Source: Candidatus Latescibacterota bacterium (lineage in GTDB: Bacteria > Latescibacterota > UBA2968 > UBA8231). From it: a DNA stretch of 29,312 bases. Of the stretch, positions 18,661 to 29,312 are shown one piece after another. Each line of letters starts with the position of its first letter. The first letter of the stretch is position 1. The translations under genes were made by a program, and so were the position numbers. The stretch lies in the NCBI GenBank assembly GCA_965205655.1, contig CBDBIJ010000113.1, forward strand, positions 1-29,312. The letters run 5' to 3'. The notes under the pieces were generated by a model that had not been told where the DNA came from, searched no databases, and worked only from the letters and a program-made list of their open reading frames with translations.

Positions 18661-20330
18661 CTAGGAACGTCTTGCCTTCGCCATTGCCGGAGGCGTGACA
18701 CGCGGCGCTCTCAAAAAACTCGATTCTGAAGTTGGTGTTGGGCGTACTGTCCAGGGAACCAGTGATGGACGTACTGCCAACAGTGTTGGCGGCAGTCAGC
18801 GCTGGGAAATTCTGAGTGTTGTTTGCCCCGCCATCCAGATCATTCGCGTCGTTGACGTCGGTTCCATTTGCATTGAGGTCGATGCCCCTGAATGCAGCCA
18901 GGTGGGTGTGAATGGAGTTGCCGAGAATGGCATTGCCAGTGCCGGAAAAGACCCTGACGCCGTCGTTGCCGTTGTTGGCGATTGTATTGCCGTCACCGGT
19001 GGCGGTGCCACCAACGTTGTTGTTCAATGAGTTGCCGGTGATGACGATGCCGTAGCCGCCGTTGCCGAGGGCAGTCGTCCCATCGGGTCGAGTGCCGATG
19101 AGATTGCCCTTGATAGTGTTTCCGTTGGAGACGGCCTCTATCCAGATTCCCGGCATGGCGTTGCCGGAGATGACGTTCCCCTCTCCCGTAGCCGAGCCTC
19201 CGATGGTGTTGGTCGGACTGGCATTGATGTTGATCCCGCGCGTGTTCTGAAATCGCTGCCGTACCGGTCTTGTTGGTGCCGATGTAGTTGCCCTTGATTA
19301 CGTTGCCGGTGCTTCCTACCGAAAGGAAGACGCCGTAGTTGTTGTTTCCGGATATGATGTTGCGCTCGGCCGCCGTCGACCCACCGACCGTGTTGTTATC
19401 GGCATTGTTGATTTCAACGCCGTTGACGCCGTTGCCGAGATCGGCGGTGCCGTTGACGTCCGTGCCGATGAGGTTGCCCTGAATCAGATTACTGACCCCT
19501 GAGGCGCCGATAAAGACGCCGCCGGTCGTCTGGCCCGACAGCACATTTCCGGCCCCGGATGTCGTGCCTCCGATTGTGTTGTTGTCCGAGCCATCAATCT
19601 CGATTCCGTAGTCGCCGTTGGGCTGTGCTGTCGTTCCGTCGGCGTCGATGCCGATCCAGTTGCCTTCGAACGTGCCGTTGTTCGCATTCGTGTAGATACC
19701 GCTGGCCGGAAAATTGTTGATTATCAGACTGCGAACGGTGCATGCGCAGTCGAATTTTGAGGCCATCCTCACCGGCGGCCAGATTCGTACCGTCCAGCTC
19801 TATGACTGGAGTCGAATTCGTGTTGAAGTCCGAATCTGTCGAGCCATCGATCGTCACGGTCTTATTGACCGTCGGGAGTGGGTTGCCCACAGCCGGTTGA
19901 ATGACGTGAGGTGTGGCGCCGCCTATCTCGAAGTCTATGCTGTGAGGACCGACGGTGTTGTTCGCCTCTGCAATCGCAGCTCGGAGCGTGCATTCAACGG
20001 GTGCTCCCGCATCGGCGTCACAAACACCGTCAAGCACTACATCAGCGCCGTCCCCGGTGCTGTCCACCTCGAATGTTGCGGCAGAAACGTGGTCGGTCCG
20101 GAGGAGGGGAGACAGAGTGAGAACGGCAACGATCGAGCACGTGCGCAGGGCGGTAGGCTCTCGAGCGATCATGAGGGAGACTCCCATGGTGTCGAAACTG
20201 CAGTGGCTCGCTAGCGGACTGGGTACGTACAGAATCAGCGGCCTAAAATCAAGGAGTTCGCGAAGGATACCGGGGTCCCAATTCGCAGAAGACGCGACAT
20301 GACGCTGAGTACCATCCGCTGGTAAAGAAG

Positions 20331-22748
<2,418 letters not shown>

Positions 22749-22761
22749 TGCGGTCCCTCCA

Positions 22762-23217
22762 TCAGCCTGTGTCTTCGGCCGGTTCAGTCTTTCCGAGCTC
22801 ACGGATGTCCTCGATTTCGATTCCGGTGAGACCACCCGAACCCCACAGAACGCCATCGACCCTCACCTTTTTGGCGATATACGGAAGCACGAGCTCGCGG
22901 GGATCGGAATGCCCCCCCGGAAGTATCAGGAAGAGCTCGCCAGTTCCGTTTTCCAGCAGCCCCAGCGGCATTCCCAACTCGGCACAGGTGAGCGCACACT
23001 TGAGATGCTCCGGACCGCGCGAGTCATGTCTGATGTAGCATGTAATGTCGATGATCTCGCCGTCGACGGTCCTTACGTCGATGTCCGGTTCCTCCTGCGG
23101 CTGTGAAGCAGGCGGCGATGCTTCAGAAGTATGTTTCTCCCCCTTGTGGGCCGTGGCGACTGCAACGCCTACTGCGAGGAGAGCGATTGTGACGTATGCC
23201 TTTCGTGTCAACGACAT
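22762..23217 (-). CDS. Uncharacterised exported His/Cys-motif protein within the copper operon
   Basis: RBS CAGGAGG, signal peptide ending ATA|HKGEKH, motif 'GEIIDITCY...[21 protein letters not shown]', and an OB-fold-like end 'KKVRVDG'. Tightly spaced between cusA and copA. Confidence 0.82.
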   Translation of the reverse strand: MSLTRKAYVTIALLAVGVAVATAHKGEKHTSEASPPASQPQEEPDIDVRTVDGEIIDITCYIRHDSRGPEHLKCALTCAELGMPLGLLENGTGELFLILPGGHSDPRELVLPYIAKKVRVDGVLWGSGGLTGIEIEDIRELGKTEPAEDTG

Positions 23218-23263
23218 GTTTACCTCCTGGTAGCTGCTGCGTCCACCGTCGGACGCAGGCTCG

Positions 23264-26200
23264 TCAAAAGTTATCCCGCCGAATAGACCATCCCCTCCAC
23301 AGGGCGTAGATGGCCGGGATGACGATCAGGGTCAGGATCGTCGAGGAGATCATTCCTCCAACCATGGGCGCGGCGATGCGCTGCATCACTTCGGAGCCGG
23401 TGCCGTGGCCCCACATGATCGGCAACAAACCTCCGATAATGGCGCACACCGTCATCATGATCGGACGAACGCGCAGCGCGGCCCCTTCGATCACGGCCTG
23501 GTGCAGGTCGCTCCTGCTGTTCAGCTGCTCCTCGCTGCGGCGCTTCTCGTATGCCTGGTCAAGGTAGGTGAGCATAACCACACCGATCTCCGCGGTGACC
23601 CCCGCTAGGGCGATGAATCCGACACCGACGGCGATGCTCATGTTGTAATCCAACAGATACATGAGCCAGATTCCGCCTATGAGAGCGAACGGCAGCGACA
23701 GCATGACGATGAGGCTCTCGGTCATATTGCGGAAGTTTAGGTAGAGGAGCAGAAAGATAATCCCGAGCGTGATCGGCACCACGACCTGCAGGCGCTCCTG
23801 GGCGCGCTGCATGTACTCGTACTGCCCGCTCCACACGAGGTTGTATCCAGCGGGCATGTCGATGCGCTCGAGAACGACCTGCTGGGCCCGCCGCACGTAA
23901 GTGCCCACGTCAATGCCCTTGATGTCGATGTAGATCCAGGCGTTGAGCCGGGCGTTCTCGCTTTTGATTCCGGGAGGTCCTTTGCGAAAGCGGATGTCGG
24001 CAAGCTGCTCAATCGGTATCTGAGCGCCTGTCGGTGTGGGAACGAGCACGCGTCTGAGGGCGGGAAGGTTATCCCGCAGTTCGCGGCCGTAACGCAGGTT
24101 GACGGGGTAACGCTCGAGCCCTTCCACCGTATGGGTGATATTCATGCCGCCTATGGCAGACATGATGACATCCTGGACATCGCCTACGGTCAGTCCGTAG
24201 CGTGCGGCCTCCTTGCGCCGGATCTCGAAGTCGAGATAATTGCCACCCGCAACGCGCTCGGCATACACGCTCAAGGTTCCAGGTATGTCCCGCACGACGT
24301 CTTCGATCTTTCTACCGAGCCGCTCCAGGGTTTCCAGATCGGGACCGGCAACCTTGATTCCCACCGGGGTCTTGATGCCGGTCGAGAGCATGTCTATGCG
24401 GGTCTTGATCGGCATCGTCCAGGCATTGGTCAAACCCGGGAACTGTATGGCCGCATTCAATTCATCGACCAGCTTTTGCGGCGTCATCCCGGGGCGCCAC
24501 TCGTCTTCCGGTTTGAGCATGATCGTCGTTTCTATCATCGACAGGGGCGCCGGATCGGTGGCCGTCTCGGCGCGACCAATCTTGCCGAATACATTGTGGA
24601 CCTCCGGGAACGAGCGGATGATCTTGTCCGTCTGCTGCAGCACCTCGCGCGCCTTCGTAACAGAGATTCCGGGGAGGGTCGTGGGCATATAGAGGAGATC
24701 GCCTTCATACAGGGGCGGCATGAACTCGGAGCCGATTTTCTCGAGCGGGAAGATTCGGTCCACATTGACAAGGGCCCGATATGTCAGGCTCCGGGGCTCG
24801 TCCGAGAACGCTACCACCTTGCTGGTGAAGGGGAAGACGGTGACGAACAAGACGAGGCCAGCCGCGACGATGACGGCGATCTTGTGGCGCAACACCCACT
24901 CGATGACCGGGCGGTACAACCATATGAGGAAGCGGTTGAGTGGATTCCTTCCTTCCGCCATGATCCTGCCACGGATGAAGAATCCCATGAGCACGGGTAC
25001 GATGGTGATGGACAGCAGGGCGGATGCTGCCATCGCATAGGTCTTGGTGTAGGCGAGCGGCTTGAACAAGCGCCCTTCCTGAGCCTGCAGAGTAAACACC
25101 GGCAGGAAGGACAGAGTGATGATGAGCAGCGAATAGAACAGGGCCGGCCCCACTTCCTTCGAGGCGTCGACGATGATCTGCCAGTGATCCTTCGTGCCGC
25201 CGTCACGCTCGATGTGCCTGTGGGCGTTCTCGATCATGACGATGGCGGCGTCGACCATGGCGCCGATGGCGATGGCGATGCCGCCCAGGGACATGATATT
25301 GGCGTTGATCCCCTGCTGCTGCATGATGATGAAGGAGACGAGGATCCCGACTGGCAGGGTGAAGATGGCAACCAGGGCGCTGCGGAAATGGAGCAGGAAG
25401 ACGATGCACACCAGCGCCACGACGATACTTTCCTCGATGAGCTTCTCGGTGAGGTTGTCGATCGCTCGCAGAATGAGGCCGGAGCGGTCGTAGGCGGTGT
25501 GGATGACGACGCCGGCTGGAAGTCCCGATTTCAGAGATTCCAGTTTTTCCTTCACGCGTTCAATCACGGCGAGGGCGTTCTCGCCGTAGCGCATGACGAT
25601 GACGCCACCGACGATCTCACCCTCACCATTCCATTCGGCGAGCCCGCGCCTGAGCTCCGGTCCGAGCTGCACGGTGGCAATATCGCCGACGCGGATTGGC
25701 GTGCCGTTCACATCGACACCGACGGGCACGCTGCGAATGTCGTGCAGAGACTTGATGTAGCCGAGACCCCGAACCATGAACTCGGTCTCGCCCAGCTCGA
25801 TGAGACGGCCTCCGACGTCGTTGTTACTCCGCTGGATGGCCAGACGCACCTTGTGGAGTGGAATGCCATAGGCCAGCAGCCTGTTGGGATCGACCGTCAC
25901 CTGGTACTGCTTGACGAAGCCCCCGATGCTGGCCACTTCCGAGACGCCGGGGACGCTGGTAAGCTCGTAGCGCAGGTACCAGTCCTGGATCGAGCGCAGC
26001 TCGGCAAGGTCATGCCGGCCGGTGGTGTCCTCGAGGACGTATTCGTAGACCCAGCCGACGCCGGTGGCGTCCGGGCCCAGCTTCGGTGTCACTCCCCGCG
26101 GTAATCGATCGGCGACGAAGTTCAGGTATTCGAGGACCCGGCTCCGGGCCCAGTACATGTCGGTGCCATCCTCGAAGATGATGTAGACGAACGAAAGTCC

Positions 26201-26464
26201 GAAGAAGGAATATCCCCGCACGACCTTCGCAAACGGCACAGCGAGCATGGCGGTGGTGAGTGGGTAGGTCACCTGGTCCTCGACGACCTGAGGAGCCTGA
26301 CCGGCGTATTCGGTAAAGACGATGACCTGCACATCGGACAAGTCGGGGATGGCGTCGAGTGGGGTCTTGTCCATGGCGTAGATGCCGGCCCCGATGGCCA
26401 TCACCGTCACCAGTACGGTCATGAATTTGTTGTCGACGCTCGCCTGGATGATTCGCTTCAACAT
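23264..26464 (-). CDS. cusA: CusA/SilA family heavy-metal efflux RND permease
   Basis: 'DAIPDLSDVQVIV', 'VEDQVTYPLTTAML', 'NIMSLGGIAIAIGAMVDAAIVMIENAH', the three Met-site motifs (LLYMP, PLSMIET, RIDMLSTG) and 'MQRIAAPMVGG'. Start likely ATG 26464, after the cusB stop. Confidence 0.96.
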   Translation of the reverse strand: MLKRIIQASVDNKFMTVLVTVMAIGAGIYAMDKTPLDAIPDLSDVQVIVFTEYAGQAPQVVEDQVTYPLTTAMLAVPFAKVVRGYSFFGLSFVYIIFEDGTDMYWARSRVLEYLNFVADRLPRGVTPKLGPDATGVGWVYEYVLEDTTGRHDLAELRSIQDWYLRYELTSVPGVSEVASIGGFVKQYQVTVDPNRLLAYGIPLHKVRLAIQRSNNDVGGRLIELGETEFMVRGLGYIKSLHDIRSVPVGVDVNGTPIRVGDIATVQLGPELRRGLAEWNGEGEIVGGVIVMRYGENALAVIERVKEKLESLKSGLPAGVVIHTAYDRSGLILRAIDNLTEKLIEESIVVALVCIVFLLHFRSALVAIFTLPVGILVSFIIMQQQGINANIMSLGGIAIAIGAMVDAAIVMIENAHRHIERDGGTKDHWQIIVDASKEVGPALFYSLLIITLSFLPVFTLQAQEGRLFKPLAYTKTYAMAASALLSITIVPVLMGFFIRGRIMAEGRNPLNRFLIWLYRPVIEWVLRHKIAVIVAAGLVLFVTVFPFTSKVVAFSDEPRSLTYRALVNVDRIFPLEKIGSEFMPPLYEGDLLYMPTTLPGISVTKAREVLQQTDKIIRSFPEVHNVFGKIGRAETATDPAPLSMIETTIMLKPEDEWRPGMTPQKLVDELNAAIQFPGLTNAWTMPIKTRIDMLSTGIKTPVGIKVAGPDLETLERLGRKIEDVVRDIPGTLSVYAERVAGGNYLDFEIRRKEAARYGLTVGDVQDVIMSAIGGMNITHTVEGLERYPVNLRYGRELRDNLPALRRVLVPTPTGAQIPIEQLADIRFRKGPPGIKSENARLNAWIYIDIKGIDVGTYVRRAQQVVLERIDMPAGYNLVWSGQYEYMQRAQERLQVVVPITLGIIFLLLYLNFRNMTESLIVMLSLPFALIGGIWLMYLLDYNMSIAVGVGFIALAGVTAEIGVVMLTYLDQAYEKRRSEEQLNSRSDLHQAVIEGAALRVRPIMMTVCAIIGGLLPIMWGHGTGSEVMQRIAAPMVGGMISSTILTLIVIPAIYALWRGWSIRRDNF

Positions 26465-26477
26465 GCTCGTATCCGCG

Positions 26478-27875
26478 TCATCGATGTCCGGCGTGCTCAT
26501 CGACCACCTCAGAATCTTCAGCACCGCTCATGGCGCTGATCGCAGCCTTCAGATTGCTCTCCGAGTCGATGAGGAACTGGGCTGAGGTGACGATCTTCTC
26601 TCCTTCGCGGAGCCCGGCCAGCACCTGATAGTGGCCATCGGCTTCGGCACCTACCTCGAGCTGACGAGGCTGGAAGCGTCCCTCGCCCATACTGACGACG
26701 GCGACGAGTCGCTCACCGGAGTGAATGACGGCCTGGACGGGCACCACGAGGGCGTCCTCCGCTACCGGTGATTGAATGGTCACGTTCGCGTACATCTCGG
26801 GCTTGAGCTCAAGATCGGGATTCGGGAAGCTCATCCGCACCTTTACGGTTCGAGTCTCGGGCTCAAGAAACGGATAGACGTAGGTCACATCGCCTTCGAA
26901 GGTTCTGCCGGGCAGATACGACAGCTGCACTGCCGCCTTCTGGCCTTCCTTCACCCAGGGCAGCTCGTACTCGTAGATGTCCGCATAGACCCACACCTGA
27001 GACAACTCGGCGATCCTATAGAGGTGCTGGCCCTGAGCGATGTGCTGCCCTCCGAATACGGCCTTGTGAACGACGATGCCCTGTTGAGGGGAGTGCACGG
27101 TCATGGTGCGAGTCACCTCGTGATTGCGTTCGAGCTCCTCGATCTGCCCGTCTGTCACGTCCCAGTATTGCAGGCGCTTGAGCGAGGCACCGAGTAAATC
27201 GCGAGCACCTTGCAGCACGTTCGAAGGCGCGGTGGCTTCGAGGCGGTGGCGGTAGTCGAGGGCGGTGAGGTATTCCTCCTGGGCGGCGACCAGCTCGGGA
27301 CTGAAGATCTCGAGCAGTGGTTGGCCTTTCGTCACCATCTGTCCGGTGTAGTCGACGTGGAGTTTCTCGACCCAGCCGGCGACCTTTGTGTTGACGTCGG
27401 TCAGGCGAGTTTCATCGTAATCGACGCGGCCGACGGTTCGAATCGTGCGCCGGAGCGGCCTTCGTTCCACGAAGGCCGTCTTAACCCCGATGTTCTGGAC
27501 AGTCACGGGATCGATACTCACCGTGCCCTGCGACCCCAGCTCGTCTTCGTAGACCGGAATCAGGTCCATTCCCATCGGTGATTTGCCGGGCCGGTCCGAT
27601 GTGTAGCTCGGGTCCATGGGCGCCCGCCAGTACGCGGCCTTACGCTCTCCCGACGGGCGCTGGTCCGCAGCTGATTTGACCGCCACCAGATCCATATCGC
27701 ACACGGGGCACCTACCTAGATGCTCCGAGACAACCGTGGGGTGCATGGGGCAGCGATAGATGAGCGTTTCACCTGCGGCCGGAGCATGCCCGTCGTCCGG
27801 AGCGAGCATCCACGATCCGAGCGCCATGCCGACGGCGAGCGCAATGATGATGATGATGATGATCTGTCTCGACAT
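26478..27875 (-). CDS. cusB: CusB/SilB family RND periplasmic adaptor with N-terminal heavy-metal-binding motifs
   Basis: N-terminal TM, 'YRCPMHP...CPVCDMDL', 'YWRAPMDP...KSPMGMDLIPVY', 'IFSPELVAAQEEYL', 'LKPEMYA', 'AQFLIDSESNL'. RBS CAGGAGG. Confidence 0.94.
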   Translation of the reverse strand: MSRQIIIIIIIALAVGMALGSWMLAPDDGHAPAAGETLIYRCPMHPTVVSEHLGRCPVCDMDLVAVKSAADQRPSGERKAAYWRAPMDPSYTSDRPGKSPMGMDLIPVYEDELGSQGTVSIDPVTVQNIGVKTAFVERRPLRRTIRTVGRVDYDETRLTDVNTKVAGWVEKLHVDYTGQMVTKGQPLLEIFSPELVAAQEEYLTALDYRHRLEATAPSNVLQGARDLLGASLKRLQYWDVTDGQIEELERNHEVTRTMTVHSPQQGIVVHKAVFGGQHIAQGQHLYRIAELSQVWVYADIYEYELPWVKEGQKAAVQLSYLPGRTFEGDVTYVYPFLEPETRTVKVRMSFPNPDLELKPEMYANVTIQSPVAEDALVVPVQAVIHSGERLVAVVSMGEGRFQPRQLEVGAEADGHYQVLAGLREGEKIVTSAQFLIDSESNLKAAISAMSGAEDSEVVDEHAGHR

Positions 27876-27879
27876 TTGA

Positions 27880-29157
27880 TCAGTCCTCCTGGAACAGTCT
27901 CACACCGACGACGGCCTCCAGTGCGGCAAGCTTTTTCTCGTAATCCGTCAAGTGACGGTAATAGTCGATCTCGAAATTGAAGAGGGTTACCTGATTGTTC
28001 AGTAGGGTCAGGAAATCCACCTTGTCCACCTGATAGGCGGTGATGGCGGAGGCCAGCGACTGATCCGCCTGGGGAATGATGGCGGTCTTGAACAGGGCTA
28101 CTCGCTCGCCGTGCATGGCGATATCGACGCACAGCTGCTGGACCCGCGTCTTGACCTGCTGAAGGTGGTCATGGTGTTCCGATTCCGCGGCGCGAATGCG
28201 GGCGCGGGTTTCAAGCAGCTTTTGATCCTGCTTGCGGCCGCGATAAATCGGAAGATTGAGCTTGACGCCGGCGGACACGAAGTCGCTCCCCTCAACCGGA
28301 TCGCCGTCGAAGCTACGCTGGCGGTATCCCACACTGACGTCGAAATCGGGCTGGTACTCCTTGCGGGCAAGGTCTTCGGCCGCCCGCAACGAGCTGAGCC
28401 GTTCCTCCATGGCGTTGAGCATTGGTCGCTGTTCGATCGCAGTTCGTTGCAACGCCTCCGAGTCCTGGGCAAAGGCGGTCTGCACGATGGTGGGTGTGGG
28501 GCCGAGGGGCGCCTGAGGCGGGCGGTTCAACACGGAGTTCATCTCCGCTTCGACCCGCAGCCGGCGGTGGCGCGACACGATCAGGCGATCTTTCAGGCTC
28601 GAAAGCGAGACCTGCGCCTTGAGAACGTCCTGCTGCAGTCCTTTCCCAACGGAGTATTTCGTCTGCGCGATGCGGATGAAATCTCCGAGCAGGGCCTCGT
28701 TCTGTTCGGTGATCTCGATAGAGCGATCGAGAAAGACGAGGGTGAAATAGGCCTGCTTCACCATGTTCACTACGGCGGCTTCGCGGTCCGCCCAGGTCGC
28801 TTCGGCAGCTGAAGCCGAGTGTTCGGCCATGCGCTCTCTGGCATCGAGCTTGCCCCAATAGGGGAAGCGTTGAGTAATGCCCAGCTGCTTGCCGCTCATT
28901 GGCGTGCTGTCGAAATCGAAGTCGCTTGTGGGCACGTTGCTGAGCTCGAATTTCAGCATGGGATCCATGAGCGCGCCGGCCTGCGGAATGCGGGCTCGGG
29001 CCGCTTCGAGACGATGCTGGAGAACGACTAGGCTCGCATTGTTCGCCAGCGCTTCTTCGATGAGGGACGGAAGCGAGAGCGGTGCCTGCGCAGCCGCCGT
29101 CGCCAGCCAACCGATGAGCGACAGAGCTGTCAGAGTTATTCCTTGTGGCAGCTTCAT
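27880..29157 (-). CDS. TolC family outer-membrane efflux protein (CusC-equivalent)
   Basis: Signal peptide MKLPQGITLTALSLIGWLATAAA, two OEP repeats ('LIEEALANN', 'KYSVGKGLQQDVLKAQV', 'AYQVDKVDFLTLL'). 4 nt upstream of cusB. Start likely 29157 rather than 29244. Confidence 0.92.
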   Translation of the reverse strand: MKLPQGITLTALSLIGWLATAAAQAPLSLPSLIEEALANNASLVVLQHRLEAARARIPQAGALMDPMLKFELSNVPTSDFDFDSTPMSGKQLGITQRFPYWGKLDARERMAEHSASAAEATWADREAAVVNMVKQAYFTLVFLDRSIEITEQNEALLGDFIRIAQTKYSVGKGLQQDVLKAQVSLSSLKDRLIVSRHRRLRVEAEMNSVLNRPPQAPLGPTPTIVQTAFAQDSEALQRTAIEQRPMLNAMEERLSSLRAAEDLARKEYQPDFDVSVGYRQRSFDGDPVEGSDFVSAGVKLNLPIYRGRKQDQKLLETRARIRAAESEHHDHLQQVKTRVQQLCVDIAMHGERVALFKTAIIPQADQSLASAITAYQVDKVDFLTLLNNQVTLFNFEIDYYRHLTDYEKKLAALEAVVGVRLFQED

Positions 29158-29240
29158 GACTGAATCCTGTGATCGAATTCTGGTACTCCCGTGACGGCGC
29201 AAGATGGACCGGTGCCGCTGCGATGGGTACCGTGGACGGG

Positions 29241-29271
29241 GCATCTCTCCGTACGGAGCGCGGAGAGATGC
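29241..29271. promoter_or_regulatory. Perfect 11-bp inverted repeat upstream of the copper efflux operon (hairpin or operator)
   Basis: GCATCTCTCCG-N9-CGGAGAGATGC, about 85 nt upstream of the TolC start. There is no convincing U-tract in the operon's direction, so the function is unassigned. Confidence 0.5.
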
Positions 29272-29312
29272 TGTATTTCAGACGATGGTCCGGATGAGTT
29301 CCCGGAGGGGTG

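Larger units (their letters stand above)
16908..20187 (-). pseudogene. CSLREA-domain, right-handed parallel beta-helix surface protein with IPTL-CTERM-like sorting tail; disrupted by an IS (17151-18660), plus apparent +1 errors near 19756 and 19251
   Basis: N-terminal 'ATFEVDSTGD...DGVCD...ECTLRAAIAEAN', then repeats 'I.GN.IGT...GT....N..G', 'NNTQNFPAL', 'GEGKTFL|GANT', 'DTSEFSAC', and tail 'VPTFTDYTLIVLALAMIALVFWYLR'. Removing the IS, one CTAG and two bases leaves 1764 nt, a 587-aa ORF. Confidence 0.88.

Noticed and set aside
17183..18664. 493-aa ORF antisense to the transposase
   Set aside because: Shadow frame of a high-GC gene with no recognisable motifs; its stop is just the other CTAG copy.
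24131..26104. 657-aa plus-strand ORF opposite cusA
   Set aside because: Antisense shadow of a clearly conserved gene, expected from GC-rich codon usage.
27846..27863. (GAT)6 tract in cusB as a phase-variation switch
   Set aside because: A trinucleotide repeat encoding poly-Ile in the TM anchor; length changes would stay in frame.
29278..29312. Possible 3' end of an upstream minus-strand gene (...PLRELIRTIV*)
   Set aside because: Too short, at the window edge, to support.

Overview
High-GC bacterial (diderm) genomic window with about 21 genes in four blocks. (1) 1-4559 (+): end of a LolA-like gene, two LolC/E-type ABC permeases, a LolD-like ATPase and an outer-membrane beta-barrel. (2) 4572-9112: a VOC/glyoxalase protein, a small coiled-coil membrane-anchored protein, a MoaD-like protein with a stand-alone xanthine-dehydrogenase-family Mo subunit, and an aldo/keto reductase. 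(3) 9153-20187: four exported beta-propeller proteins (two PQQ/BamB-like, one PD40/TolB-like lipoprotein, one Reg_prop-repeat mosaic with a NIPSNAP-like insert). These adjoin an exosortase sorting module: a CSLREA/beta-helix surface protein with a variant IPTL-CTERM tail, an XrtH-like exosortase and an apparently catalytically dead exosortase-like partner. A complete 1510-bp IS (CTAG target duplication) interrupts the surface-protein gene. (4) 20331-29157 (-): a Cu/Ag resistance operon (TolC/CusC, CusB, CusA, an uncharacterised exported His/Cys protein, CopA). Eight separate +1 insertions break six genes; removing each restores a full-length frame, so they are most likely sequencing/assembly errors. 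No rRNA, tRNA or CRISPR array was seen. All family calls come from motif recognition by eye; no database search was run.
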